This document shows, in pieces, positions 1 to 11,197 of a stretch of DNA of 60,936 nucleotides (positions are counted from its first letter, which is position 1; each line of letters opens with the position of its first letter). Under the pieces are notes generated by a model, which was not told where the DNA came from, did no database searches, and was given only the letters and a program-made list of their open reading frames with translations. Position numbers and translations under genes: made by a program. The DNA comes from a virus (lineage: Duplodnaviria; Caudoviricetes). The stretch is from positions 1 to 60,936 of IMG/VR virus record IMGVR_UViG_3300028592_000010. The stretch is one strand, 5' to 3'.

Positions 1-132
1 CCCCGAGGGGCCCCGGCTGGGGCCCCCTCACTGCATGTGAGGAGGAGTGTGTTGGAACCGGTTCTGGAGCCGTTCATCGGCGACATCCGGGTGCAGGCCT
101 ACACGTTCCCGTCGCTGGCGGGGCGGCTGCCG
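1..132. repeat. Terminal direct repeat, left copy (circular overlap)
   Basis: 1-132 matches 60804-60936 except for a G4 vs G5 run near the start. Confidence 0.95.
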
Positions 133-615
133 AGGCTGGAGCTTCGCTGCGGCGTGCACCCCGACTGGTCCTCCTCCCTGGGGGAGGTGGTGACGCTGCC
201 CGAGTTGCTGGCGGTCGTCGAGACGCACCTGGAGGAACGGCATGGCTAGCCACCGGCGCCGTTCGGTGCCCAGCGCCCCGCCTCTGCCGTACACGGGCCC
301 TGGCCCGGCCGAGCGGAACCTGCTGGCGCGGCTGCACAGCAACGCCACGTACAAGGCCTCGGCGATGGGCTACCGCCTGCTCGACATGCGGGCCTACGAG
401 ATGCTCGACCCCTCTCGGGGGGTGGCCTGGTTCCGGCTGACCTTCGGCAACGTCGTGGTCTGGGCGGACGGGCTGGAGGAGGGGTCGCACTGGTCCGCGA
501 CGCTGGAGGCGGGCGCACAGGAGTACGCCCAGACAAAGGACCGGATCGGGCGCGTGGGGCGCCAGCCCGATGTAGTGTGAGGGCAGACAACATGTCACTG
601 GAAGGACTGACGATC

Positions 616-1911
616 ATGACAGACCGTGGCACGGCAAGCATCGAAGAACTCTTGCGCGCGCTGGAAGACGCGCACTTCACCGTGACCTCGGTGGGCGCAA
701 GGTACCGGGTCACCCACCCTGACGGTGGGCGTCCCACCTTCGTACCCAAGCGGCTGCCCAAGGGCGCCAGCCTCAAGCTGGTCATGGGGTCGCTCATGGA
801 CATCGGGTTCGACACGGACTCGGTGGAGCGGGCCCGGGAGGCGCGGCGTAAGGCGCGCGTCGAGCAGGCCCGCAAGGAGGGCGAACGGCTCAACAACATC
901 GCAGCAGCGGCGGCGGCCCAGCGCACGGCCGAGGCGGCCATCGCGACCGAGGCGGCGCGCGACGAGCGCCTGTACCAGGGCCAGCACAAGCTTCCCGACC
1001 TGCTCATCGAGACCCGGCTGCCCCGCACCGACTTCGTGGAGGTCGACGCCAAGTTCGCCGAGGAGTTGCTGCGGGCGAACCGGTTCTACGAGCCCGGGGC
1101 GACCCATGCGGGCAAGACCAACCGCAAGTTCCGGCCCGAGTTGGCCCGCAGGTACCGCGACCAGATGCTGCGCGGCGAGTGGGACCAGTTCACTCACCAG
1201 GCCATCGGCCTGGACGTGGAGGGCGACCTCGTGGACGGCCAGCACCGGCTGGCCGCCATCGTCCTGGCCGGGGAGGTCAAGCCGGACATCCGCATCCCCA
1301 TGCCGATCACCTACGACCTCCCGGTGGGCTCGTTCGACCGCATCGACCTCGGGCTGAAGCGCTCCCTGGGCGATGTGCTGGCCATGCACGGCTTCACCGA
1401 CGTCAACCACATCGGCGCCGTGCTGCGGTGGGTGGCGCTCTACGACACGCTCATCGGCGACCCGCCCGTGCCGTATGACCTCAGCACCTGGAAGCACTTC
1501 GGGCTCTCCGGTGAGCAGGCGTTGCACATGCTTCGTGATGAGCCCACCGTCCCGGAGAACTCACGCGCGGGTGTGCGGTTCCGCAAGATCATGCTGCCTT
1601 CGGCGGCGGGCACTGCCATCCATCTGCTCAAGCGCTACTGGCGGGCCGACCTGGTGGACGGGTTCGTGGACCGGCTGTACTCGGGCTACGACCTCGCGCC
1701 CCGCTCGGCCCTCGGGGCCCTGCGGGACGCCTACGTGACCCAGGCCTCCAACCGGAAGTACAAGCGGACCACGGTGGAGCAGTTGGCCCTGTGGATCAAG
1801 GGGTGGAACCTGCACCTCACCGGCAAGGAACGGAGCTTGCTGACGTGGCGGTCGCACGAAGAGTTCCCGCTGATCGACCTGCCCAAGAAGCGCGAGCACG
1901 AGCCCCGCTAG
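616..1911 (+). CDS. ParB/DGQHR-like nuclease-domain protein with N-terminal HicA-like segment
   Basis: NRK...GEW...IGLDVEGDLVDGQHRLAAIV motif; GAAGGA RBS at 601-606 before ATG 616. Confidence 0.6.
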   Translation: MTDRGTASIEELLRALEDAHFTVTSVGARYRVTHPDGGRPTFVPKRLPKGASLKLVMGSLMDIGFDTDSVERAREARRKARVEQARKEGERLNNIAAAAAAQRTAEAAIATEAARDERLYQGQHKLPDLLIETRLPRTDFVEVDAKFAEELLRANRFYEPGATHAGKTNRKFRPELARRYRDQMLRGEWDQFTHQAIGLDVEGDLVDGQHRLAAIVLAGEVKPDIRIPMPITYDLPVGSFDRIDLGLKRSLGDVLAMHGFTDVNHIGAVLRWVALYDTLIGDPPVPYDLSTWKHFGLSGEQALHMLRDEPTVPENSRAGVRFRKIMLPSAAGTAIHLLKRYWRADLVDGFVDRLYSGYDLAPRSALGALRDAYVTQASNRKYKRTTVEQLALWIKGWNLHLTGKERSLLTWRSHEEFPLIDLPKKREHEPR

Positions 1912-2855
1912 GGGTCTGGTTCGTCTACCCCGTTCGGGTCGAGGTCGCACCCCGGCCCGAACGGGACGGGCGGGTGCGCCTGGACGTGTGGTGCTTCCAC
2001 CGGCGGAAGTGGACGCTGCACGTCGAGGCGGGCCTGGTGGACTACTGGGTCGCCGACGCCCGCAGCAACCCGTGCCGGATGGCCTCCTGCCCCTTGTGGA
2101 AGCGGTCTTGATCTGTATAGTCAACCGAGACAGGCGGCTCCCGGGGAGACCCTGGGGAGGGCACGAGGGGCCGCCTGTCTCCGCAGGATCGCGTGGGCGT
2201 CCGGAAGATCCCCCGAGGCCCGGACGCTCACCGCGCGAAGGAGGACTGATGGCTTGGTGGACGCGGGCCCTGGCCCTGCGCGGGCAGGACACGACCCCAA
2301 CGACGCGGCGCGAGCCCTCGCCGGATGGCGTGCCTGACGAGTGGGCCGAGGTGGAGCGCCTGCACAACGTCATCAAGGCCGCCCTGGAGACCGTGGACGA
2401 GATGACCGGCCAGGCCAAGATGCTCCCCGGCCTGACCGATGACCTGCTGGACCTGCGCAAGATCCTGATGGAGGGGGAAGCCCATGCGGTACGTCGCCCT
2501 GGCCGCTGAGGCCTTGACCGCCGTACGCCTGTCCGGCCTGCTGGCCGGGCTGGGCCTGATGGGCCTTATGTACCTCGGCGCCCTCGACCGGCTCTACGGC
2601 CCCGGGCGCCACGCCGCTGGGCCTGGCCGCCCGAGTTGCACCGACCCGCGTGCGTGGGTGCGCCGTGTGAGTGACGAGCCCACTATCAGCCTCACCAAGC
2701 CGGCCCCGGGCGCCAAGGTCTACGACCAGTTGGCCCGCACCTCCCGGTTCGCCTCGGCGGTTCGCTCGATGCGCCGCCGCGAGAAGCACTTCACCGAGAT
2801 TGCCACCAGCCCGGCCCCGTGGCTGGTGCCCAACGACGATTGGACCTGATCCCCA

Positions 2856-3500
2856 ATGACCGTGCGTGCCCTGTTCATCACCGACGCCTCGGGCTCGATG
2901 CACCGCCTGGCCTCCGACGTGCGTGGCGGCTACAACTCCTACCTGGACAAGGTCACCGGCGAGAGCCCTGAGGTCCGGGTCACCTCCACCGTGTTCAACA
3001 CCGAGGTCCGCATCCTCGACGAGGACGTGGCCGTGGGCGCCGCGACCCGGTTCGACGACCACACCTACGACCCGCACGGCGCGACCGCCCTGCTCGACGC
3101 CATCGGCAACACGGTGAAGCGGCTGCGCCGCGACGTGGCGTTCATGCCCGGCGACCAGACGCTGCTGTTCATCCAGACGGACGGGCACGAGAACGCCTCC
3201 GTTGAGTGGGACCGCGCGGGCGTGGCCAAGCTGCTGGCCGAGGTCGAGGCGGAGGGCTGGAGCGTCATCTACAGCGGGGTGGGCCCGGACGGCTGGGCCG
3301 AGAAGGCGAGCCTGGGCCGCCAGTTCGGCACCTATTCGCCTGCCTCGGCGCAGGGGGTGGCCAGCACATACCAAGGGTACGAGGTTGTGACCCGCTCGGC
3401 GGCGGGCGGCCAGACACTCAACAGCGGCGTGGCCAACAAGATGTCCCAGGAGGTCATCGACGCGACGCCCGGGGCGAGTGAGCCCGATGTCCAGCCCTGA
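2856..3500 (+). CDS. vWA domain protein
   Basis: MIDAS motif DASGSM, plus TALLDAIG and IQTDGHENAS. Confidence 0.85.
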   Translation: MTVRALFITDASGSMHRLASDVRGGYNSYLDKVTGESPEVRVTSTVFNTEVRILDEDVAVGAATRFDDHTYDPHGATALLDAIGNTVKRLRRDVAFMPGDQTLLFIQTDGHENASVEWDRAGVAKLLAEVEAEGWSVIYSGVGPDGWAEKASLGRQFGTYSPASAQGVASTYQGYEVVTRSAAGGQTLNSGVANKMSQEVIDATPGASEPDVQP

Positions 3501-3779
3501 CCGGGTCGAGCACTTCCGGCGGCGCCGCTACGCCTACTGCCCGCACGAGGGCGTGGCGCGGTTCACGGTCGTCGACTACTGGCTGGCCTACCCGCCGCTG
3601 TACTGGTGCACCGGGTGCGGCTGGTCCTGGGAGCCCGGCGACAAGCCAGTGCCGCCCGAGCCCGGCCAGGGGGCCGTCGCGGCCCGGCGGGCCCACTCCC
3701 TCCTCCCGCCGCTGGACGCGGCGGCGTGGCGCAAGTTCATTCGGCAGATCAGTGAGGACTCAGAGCAGGAGGCAGCAGC

Positions 3780-4466
3780 GTGACCGACCAGCAGGCCAGC
3801 GACCGGGTGACCCACGACCTCAGCGTGGAGTACGTCGACATCGACACGGTGGCCGAGCACCCGGACAACCCCCGGCGCGGCAACACGCAGGTGATCGTTG
3901 AGTCGCTGCGCCGCACCGGTCAGTACCGGCCCCTGATCGTTTCGGCTGCGACGGGCTACGTGGTGGCCGGCAACCACACGCTGCGCGCGGCGCGGCTGCT
4001 CAACTGGGACCGGATCGCGGTCACCTGGCTGCACGGCCTGTCCGAGGAGGCAGAGCACCGCATCCTGGCCGTGGACAACCGGGCTGCCGACCTCGGCGAC
4101 TACGACACCGAGGCACTGATCGCCCTGCTGGACAACCTCGGCGAACTGGAGGGCACCGGCTACTCGGTGGACGACCTGGAGACCTTGCAGGCCCTGGCGG
4201 GCCGCGAGGTCACGTTCGCGGCGGGCGACACCGACGCGCACTACTCGGGCACCGACGCCGAGCGGGCCGAGCGGGCCGAACAGATCGGCAACTACCAGCC
4301 GCTCAAGGCGCAGGGTCTGGCCGAGGTCATCCTGGTGCTCACCGAGGCCAAGAAGACGCAGATGATCGACTGGCTCCAGGTGCTCCGCGCCAAGTGGGGC
4401 GACCAGATGACCAACGGGGAGTTGGTCTACGCGGCCGTGGCTCGCGCGGTGGACGCCGAACAGTGA
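3780..4466 (+). CDS. ParB-N-like domain protein (DNA-modification associated)
   Basis: HPDNPRRG...IVESLRRTGQYRPLIV...VVAGNHTLRAA...DNR. Confidence 0.85.
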   Translation: MTDQQASDRVTHDLSVEYVDIDTVAEHPDNPRRGNTQVIVESLRRTGQYRPLIVSAATGYVVAGNHTLRAARLLNWDRIAVTWLHGLSEEAEHRILAVDNRAADLGDYDTEALIALLDNLGELEGTGYSVDDLETLQALAGREVTFAAGDTDAHYSGTDAERAERAEQIGNYQPLKAQGLAEVILVLTEAKKTQMIDWLQVLRAKWGDQMTNGELVYAAVARAVDAEQ

Positions 4467-5410
4467 CCTCGTACGAGATCGGAGAGCGGGCGGGGCGCAT
4501 CGCCAAGCTGTGGACCCCGGGCGTGATCGACGACTACGCCCGGTTCCACTGGCTCGCCCTGGAGACTGGCGACGTGGACCCGGTCTACCCGGTGCTGCGC
4601 AAGCTGGAGATGGGCGTCAGCGACCTGGTGTGGCTGTCCTTCCTGCACGTCGCCTACTACGACCTCGGCTCGGCCCTGCGCGCCTTCGCCCGGCTGTCGT
4701 GGCGCCCCACCGAGGAGGTCCCCAACGCGGTGCTGCACTACCCGTGCGGCACCGAGCGGCGGGCGCACCGCGACCCGAGCCAGTTGCTGCGCCACCTGGA
4801 ATCCCTGCGGGCGCTGGCCGATCACTTCCAGGGCTTGCACCGTTTTGTGACAAGCGCCACCAGCTACGGGGACCTGTTCGGCAGGGTCATCTCCATCTGG
4901 GGTAACGGCCGGTGGGCCGCCTACAAGACCTGTGAGTTGCTGGCCTACGCGTTGGACCGGCCCGAGTGGGAGCCCACCGACATGGGGCACGCCCACTCCA
5001 CCGGCCCCCGCAAGGGGCTCGCGCTGATCTACGGCGGGCGCCTGCCCGAGGGCAACGGGCCCGCCGCCATTCACACCCTCAACACCTTGTCGGGCTGGCT
5101 CGTCAACGAGTTGGGCCGCCGCGACCTGGTTGCCAGTCAGGCGACCGCCGAGACCACCCTGTGCGACTTCCACTCCCTGGCTGGGGGCCGCTACTACGTG
5201 GGGCACGACATCGACCAGATGGGCATGCAGATCCGGCGCGGGCTGGAGACGGAGCGCCTGCACTACGAGGAGGGCCAGTCCGCCGCCCTGCGGTTCCTGC
5301 TCGACGCCAACCAGCGTGCGAGCGCGACGTTCGCCCATTGGGGCAACGACATCGACAAGGGCCGCCGACAGGTCTACAAGTTGACGGGAGAGATCCTTGA
5401 TCCACGTTGA
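4463..5410 (+). CDS. Amino acid:DNA transferase-like protein (aGPT-Pplase2 family, HhH-glycosylase-like fold)
   Basis: DVDPVY, AYY, GTERRAHR, GRWAAYKxxE, GPRKGL, ETTLCDFHSL..GRYYVGHDID; GTGA overlap with the ParB gene. Confidence 0.75.
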   Translation: MTSYEIGERAGRIAKLWTPGVIDDYARFHWLALETGDVDPVYPVLRKLEMGVSDLVWLSFLHVAYYDLGSALRAFARLSWRPTEEVPNAVLHYPCGTERRAHRDPSQLLRHLESLRALADHFQGLHRFVTSATSYGDLFGRVISIWGNGRWAAYKTCELLAYALDRPEWEPTDMGHAHSTGPRKGLALIYGGRLPEGNGPAAIHTLNTLSGWLVNELGRRDLVASQATAETTLCDFHSLAGGRYYVGHDIDQMGMQIRRGLETERLHYEEGQSAALRFLLDANQRASATFAHWGNDIDKGRRQVYKLTGEILDPR

Positions 5411-6314
5411 GGGGATGGGCTGGTTCGGCGCGGTGACCGCGCTCGCGCTGGAGCGGGCCGGCATCGAGTTCACCTGGTCCGACATCGACTCGCCCACCCA
5501 GGCCTGGAAGGCCTCCACCGGCATCGTCTACCCGGCCGGAGACGACCGCACCGAGCGGGAGCGCCTGTCCTGGACCCGGTGGTGGCTGAGTGACGACTGG
5601 CTGCCCGACCACACGGTGCGGCCCGTCACCTACGGCTTCACCCACAAGGCGCCACCGCATGGCGGCAAGTACGAGTGGGCCCGCTGGTCCTACGTGCCCG
5701 AGGTGAAGATCGCCGCCAAGCACGCCTTCGCGGTCGATGTGCAGGCCATCGTGGTCGAGGCCCGTTCCCGCTTCGCCGAGCGGCGCTGCGAGTACGTGGA
5801 CCCGGCGCGGTCGAAGATTGTCGCTCACGGCGCGCGCCGAGCGGTCGGCTGGGTGTGGGGCTGGAGCCGCAAGGTCAACCTGCGCTGGCCCGGTGGGGTT
5901 GAGGCGGACGGCATGAGCCTGTACGGCAAGGTCCACCGGTTCGGCCTCTGCTACGCCTACCCGGTGGGGGCCCAGCCGGGCTGGTGGTGGGCCGGCTCGG
6001 CCCTGGTCAACGAGAGGCGCCCCCGGGAGCGCGACGGGCGCGAGTTGGCCGACTACTACGAGCGCTGGCGCTCCGACTTCGCCCGGCTCTACCCCGGAGT
6101 GGACGTGGTGGAGTCCGGTCATGAGCCCATCCGGCAGGGCTGGCGGCCCAAGCCAAGCGAGAGCGATCCGGCGCTGCTGGGACTCACCGACACGCGGTGC
6201 GTCTTCCCGGCCCTGTGGCACTCGGGCGTGCGCTGGGCGCCCTCGTTGGTGGAGGGAGCGGTGCAGTGGGCAACTCGCGTGACCTCTTCTACGTCATCGG
6301 CCCTCCAGGCGTAG
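5397..6314 (+). CDS. FAD-dependent oxidoreductase/lyase-like protein
   Basis: N-terminal Rossmann motif IHVEGMGWFG, AWKASTG, GWRP, C-terminal HSGVRWAP (DAO/glycine oxidase-like). Confidence 0.7.
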   Translation: MIHVEGMGWFGAVTALALERAGIEFTWSDIDSPTQAWKASTGIVYPAGDDRTERERLSWTRWWLSDDWLPDHTVRPVTYGFTHKAPPHGGKYEWARWSYVPEVKIAAKHAFAVDVQAIVVEARSRFAERRCEYVDPARSKIVAHGARRAVGWVWGWSRKVNLRWPGGVEADGMSLYGKVHRFGLCYAYPVGAQPGWWWAGSALVNERRPRERDGRELADYYERWRSDFARLYPGVDVVESGHEPIRQGWRPKPSESDPALLGLTDTRCVFPALWHSGVRWAPSLVEGAVQWATRVTSSTSSALQA

Positions 6315-6838
6315 GCAAGTCCTCCCTGATGGCCGCCCTCACGGTGCGCTGCCACCGCTGGCCGAACGCCAAGCCGTTCCGCTACGACCTGCTCCGGGGC
6401 CCCTCGGGCTACGAGTTCGTCGAGTTGGGCGGTCAGCGCATCGGCGGGTTCCCCGGCACGGACGGCATGTCGATGTCGGTCCAGCCCCGGGTGGAGGAGT
6501 GGCTGCACCAGACCCGGGTGCCGCTCGTCCTCGGTGAGGGTGACCGCCTGGGCAACACCAAGTTCTTTGAGGCGGCGGTGCACGCAGGGTGGCGCCTGAA
6601 CGTTGTCGCCCTGATGGCCGACCGTAAAGAGTTGGATCGGCGCTGCCGGGAGCGCGGCTCGGAACAGTCCGAGACGTGGCGCAAGGGCCGGTTCACGAAG
6701 GTGGCCAACGTGACCAACTGGCTGACCACGGCCCATCCCGGCAGCGTCCGGCTGGTCACGGCCGACCGAACCCCGGGCACGCTGGTCGCGGCCCTGCGAC
6801 CGAGCTACCCGGACATCTTCGCCCTGCTGGAGGACTGA
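6266..6838 (+). CDS. P-loop nucleotide kinase
   Basis: Walker A GPPGVGKS, GTDGMSMSVQP, EGDRL, RCRERGSEQ lid; GGAGGG RBS at 6251 before GTG 6266. Confidence 0.8.
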   Translation: MGNSRDLFYVIGPPGVGKSSLMAALTVRCHRWPNAKPFRYDLLRGPSGYEFVELGGQRIGGFPGTDGMSMSVQPRVEEWLHQTRVPLVLGEGDRLGNTKFFEAAVHAGWRLNVVALMADRKELDRRCRERGSEQSETWRKGRFTKVANVTNWLTTAHPGSVRLVTADRTPGTLVAALRPSYPDIFALLED

Positions 6839-9388
6839 TGGAGCACTGGGGATTCTGGGCCCGGGCCATGGTGATCGTGCTCGTCGCCTGGGCGACCTGC
6901 GTGGCGCTGCTGATGGCCATGGTCCGCGTGGCGATGCTCGGCGCGGCGCTGACCTCGCTGGCCGCCCGGTCGGTGCGCGTCTGATGGAACGCCTGCTGCT
7001 CGGCCTCGTCAACGCGCTCATCGTCGTCATGCTGCTGGCCGTCATCCTCATGCTGGGCCTGGCCGTCCACTTCGCCTACACCGAGAGTTGGGGATGCTCG
7101 TGACCACCGTGTTCGTCATGATCGGCAACAGCGACGACAAGCTCTCCCAGGACGACTGGCACCAGTTCTGGGGCGAGACCTCGCAGGTGCTGCTGCCGGT
7201 GATCAAGGCCACGTACGGCGTCTGGTTCTCCGACCCGGTGGCGCGCTACCAGAATGCCTGCTGGGCGTTCGAGCCCTGGCCGCAGCACGAGTCCGAGGCC
7301 AAGGTCCGCCTGGCCCGTCTCGCCAGCAAGTGGGGCCAGGACTCGGTGGCCTGGGCGGAGGCCGAGGACACTGTGTTCCTCGGGCCCGCGTGGCTGTCCC
7401 ACCTCGACCCCGAGGAGGCCGAGGCCCTCGACGACGGGCACGCCTGGGCGGGCCTGGGGACCGAGGAGGGCAAGTGAGCCCACTTCAGGACTTCGACGAG
7501 ACCACCCCGAGGCCCGTGATCATCGTCTGCGAGACCGGCTCGGAGATGGACGGCATCCAGCGGGCGATCCTGCTGCTCATGAAGTACCCGGGCGTGCTCG
7601 CCGAGTCCGCCGCCGGCTGGATGTTGGTGCCCCGCCAGGCGGCCACCCACATCTCCGTTTCACGTGAAACCAAGGAGGAGAAGTGAGGCTGTTCCATCTG
7701 GAGCGCACCGAGGACGTGACGGGCGTGTCGGGCACGGGCGTGGTCGCCCAGGGCGTCGAGTTCGACGACCTCACGGTGGTCATCCGCTGGGGAAGCGCCA
7801 CCCCCTCCACGGTGGTCTGGGACCACATCGGCGACGCGATGGTGGTCCACGGCCACAACGGCCTGACCAAGCTGGTCTGGGACGACCGGGGCGACTGGTC
7901 GTGACCAGCGAGTTCCTCGCCCGGTTCGGCGACGCCCTGGCCGAGCAGGCCGCCAAGCCGCCCAGCGACCCCGTGGCGGCGCTCTCCTACGTCGCCTTCG
8001 CGGCCCTGGCCGTCGCGCTGGGCTGCCCGCCCGAACGGGTCGGAGACCTCCACCGGGACATGCACGCCCTGGCCCTGCCGGCTGGACCGCAGGCGGCGGT
8101 GGACCAGTTCCGCACCCACATCGACCTGTTGAGGGAGGACGGGCTGTGACCGAGCCCGAGGAGGAGTGGGTCCAGTTCGCCAAGGGGACCGTACTGTGCC
8201 CCTGGTGCAACGCCGAGGTGCCCGTGCCGGTGCTCGGGCGCATGTTCAACGACGACGAGGGCCGGCTGGCGATGGCCACCAAGCCCGACCTGACCGAGGT
8301 GTGGGCGCACGCCTGGACCCACGAGGAGGACACCGATGCCTAGCCCAACCGAACGGCTCACCGCCAACCTGACCGACGCCCTCGGGGCAGACGGGGCCCG
8401 GAAGGCGGCCCTCGTCATGGCGGACCTGTTGCTGGAGTTCGCCCAGCACGCCCTGGACCGGGGCAAGGCCTTCGCCCCATTCACCCAGGAGGCGGCCACC
8501 TTCGCCACGCTGTCCGGTTCGTACGTGGGCATGGCCGAGACCATTCACCGAATTGGGTGCGACGCCACCGACTGTGACTTCCTGGTCAACCTGGGGGACC
8601 TCCTCGCCCTGGCCCGCATGTGATGCAGACCCCGTTTCGGGAGACCGACGCCCTCCTGGCCGCCCTCGACAACGACGACGAGGCCCTGCTGGGCCACCTG
8701 GCGAGGATGCACGACGGCGAGGTGAGCAACCTTCGTCGGGCCGCCCTCAACATGGCCTTCGCCGCGCGGGAGGAGTTGGACCGCCGCTGGCAGCAGGCCA
8801 TGCAGGTCAAGCGCGCCATGCAGGTTAAGGCGCTGGACGACGTGGCCGATGACTGACCCACTGCTGGCGGCCCTCGACCGGTGCGAGCACGGGCGCCACC
8901 GGGCCGACCGCTGCTTCGACTGCCCGGACCAGTGGAGCACGGGCAACCTGTTCCTGCCGCCCGGCACCCGGATCGGCACCAACCTGTACGGCGACCCGAT
9001 CGTGGCGCCCGAGCAGGACAATCACGAGCGCGGCCAGCCAGCGAACTGGGTCGAGGGTGGGGCATTCAAGTGACCGACTGGGAAGCGCTGACCGCGCTCC
9101 AGATCATTGACCGGCTGCGCGACACGATCGTGGCCATGGGCCAGTACGTGGCCGGCCTGGAGTCCGAGGCACTGGAGACCGAACGCTCGGTGGCGTTCTG
9201 GACCGAGGAGGCCCGGCGCTACGCGGGCAACGCCGACTACTGGCGGGCGCGGACCACCGAGGCGGAGCGGGTCATACAGGCCGCGCGCGCCATGCCGGGG
9301 CACGAGCCGACCGAGGGGGAGCCCATGTGGTGCTGCCGCCTCCAGGACGCCCTGGCGACCTACGATCAGTGGCGGAAGGGGGGTAGCG

Positions 9389-10270
9389 ATGATCGAGTTG
9401 CGAGTGCGGAGCCGACTTCGCCAGGAGGACCTGCTGCCCAAGACCGGCAAGGTGCTGGGCCCGGCTGACTACGACGTGCTGCTCACCGGCCCCGCCAAGG
9501 TGCTCAAGCCGGACGGCAAGCCACTGTGCGTCTACCTTCCCGGCGCCCTCCGCGAATGGTCGCAGAGTGACACCATCTACGCCATTTTGCACGGGCTACG
9601 CACACACACCACCAACAACCGGGGCATGAGCGGCGGCGCAGGCGTCGACACCTCCCCCAGCGGCAAGCGCTACGCCCAGACCACCGCGTCCACCATCATC
9701 GGCGCCTTCGACCCGAACAGTTACCGCCGCTACTGCCGCCTCACCGCCTGGACCGGGCGCAACCTGCCGCAGTGGGAGGCGCTCCAGCCGTTCCTCGCCG
9801 CCATCGCCGAGCGGATGGCCGAGCACGTTCCCGACCGGCACGGGGCCCAGATGGCCGAGGTCATGCGCACCCAGCCCGAGTGGGTCGTGCCGGGCACCCC
9901 GTTCACCACGGTCACGGTCAACAACACCTACCCGACCGGGATGCACACCGACAAGGGCGACCTCGATGCCGGGTTCTCCACCCTCGCCACACTGCGCCGA
10001 GGCGGCGCGTATACGGGCGGCAACCTGATGTTCCCCGAGTACCGGTGCGCCGTGGACATGCGCGACGGAGACCTGCTGCTCATGGACGCCCACGAGTGGC
10101 ACGCCAACGCCGACATCGTCTGTGCCTGCGGAAACTCCATCCGGGCGATCTGTCCGACGTGCGGGGCGGAGCGCATCTCGGTGGTGAGTTACTTCCGCAC
10201 CGACATGGTCAACTGCAAGGACGCGGCCACCGAGGAACGGCGGGCCGCCGAGTGGTGGGCGAAGCGGTGA
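9389..10270 (+). CDS. TET/JBP-family 2OG-Fe(II) dioxygenase
   Basis: NRG, TPFTTVTVN, HTDKGD (HxD), GGNLMFPEY, HEWHAN (distal H), RISVVSYFR (2OG-binding R). Confidence 0.9.
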   Translation: MIELRVRSRLRQEDLLPKTGKVLGPADYDVLLTGPAKVLKPDGKPLCVYLPGALREWSQSDTIYAILHGLRTHTTNNRGMSGGAGVDTSPSGKRYAQTTASTIIGAFDPNSYRRYCRLTAWTGRNLPQWEALQPFLAAIAERMAEHVPDRHGAQMAEVMRTQPEWVVPGTPFTTVTVNNTYPTGMHTDKGDLDAGFSTLATLRRGGAYTGGNLMFPEYRCAVDMRDGDLLLMDAHEWHANADIVCACGNSIRAICPTCGAERISVVSYFRTDMVNCKDAATEERRAAEWWAKR

Positions 10271-11011
10271 AGTGGCGGGGCTATGTCACTCGGGGTGGGC
10301 TGACCATCGGGTTCGCGTTCCGGGGTTGGCCACGGAAGCGGAGGCGGAGGCGGCGGTGAGAGACTTGGGCCGCGCACTGTGGGTCATGGCCGTGCTGGCC
10401 TACCTGCTGGCCGCCGCCTGCCTGACGGGCGTGCTGGCGCAGGTTCGGCCATGAGGGGCTACTGGCCCGAGCCCGGCGACGAGTTGTACTCACCGCTGAC
10501 GGACTACTGGCTGAACGGGCCCGGCCGGGACCGGCTGGCCTTCCACTGGTCTCGCTACATGCGCAGGGAGCACGCCGCCCGGCTGCTGGGTGAGCCGGCT
10601 GAGCACGTGGCGGTGGTCAACATGGCGGGCGAGGTCGTGCTGGACACCGCGCTTCCGCCGCCGGATGGGCCCTCCTACTCGGCCCGCTGGCGGGCCTACC
10701 TGACCGCTGAGGACCTTGACTGGCTGGCGCGGATGTGGCGTGCGGGCGTAAGACATGAGGTGTGATCGCTGACATGAGGTCATACGTGAGTTGGGACGGC
10801 GGCGGCGCCGAGGTCTGCCTCAAGTGGCTGCCCCGCCACCACTGGGTGCGGGCCTTCATCTCCTGGTCAGGAAACTGTGAGCCCGGTCGGGCGTGGATGT
10901 ACCACGGCATGATCCGCCGCGATGCGTGGCGTGTGGGCCGGCTCGGGTTCGGCCTGTTGCGGATGCCGCGCGTAAGACATCACGTCAGCAATATGATGTA
11001 ACGTCTGACAC

Positions 11012-11197
11012 GTGAGCCTGGAGAAGTCGAGCCCGCTGGACCGCCAGTCTGGCGTCGAGGTGACCCGCGTGACCTTGTGGGTGCCGACCGAGTTGGTGGA
11101 GGAGGTCGACGCCCGGGCGAAGCGGCGCGGCGTGACCCGTTCCGAACTCATGCGGCGCGTTCTCGCCTACGGGCTCGGCGCGACTCGGGGGCAGTGA
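11012..11197 (+). CDS. Ribbon-helix-helix (CopG-like) DNA-binding protein
   Basis: RVTLWVPTELVEEVDARAKRRGVTRSELMRRVL. Confidence 0.8.
   Translation: MSLEKSSPLDRQSGVEVTRVTLWVPTELVEEVDARAKRRGVTRSELMRRVLAYGLGATRGQ

Noticed and set aside
10745-11010. Short repeats GCGTAAGACAT / TGACATGAGG
   Set aside because: Only two copies each; possibly RHH operators, but too weak to call and not a CRISPR array.
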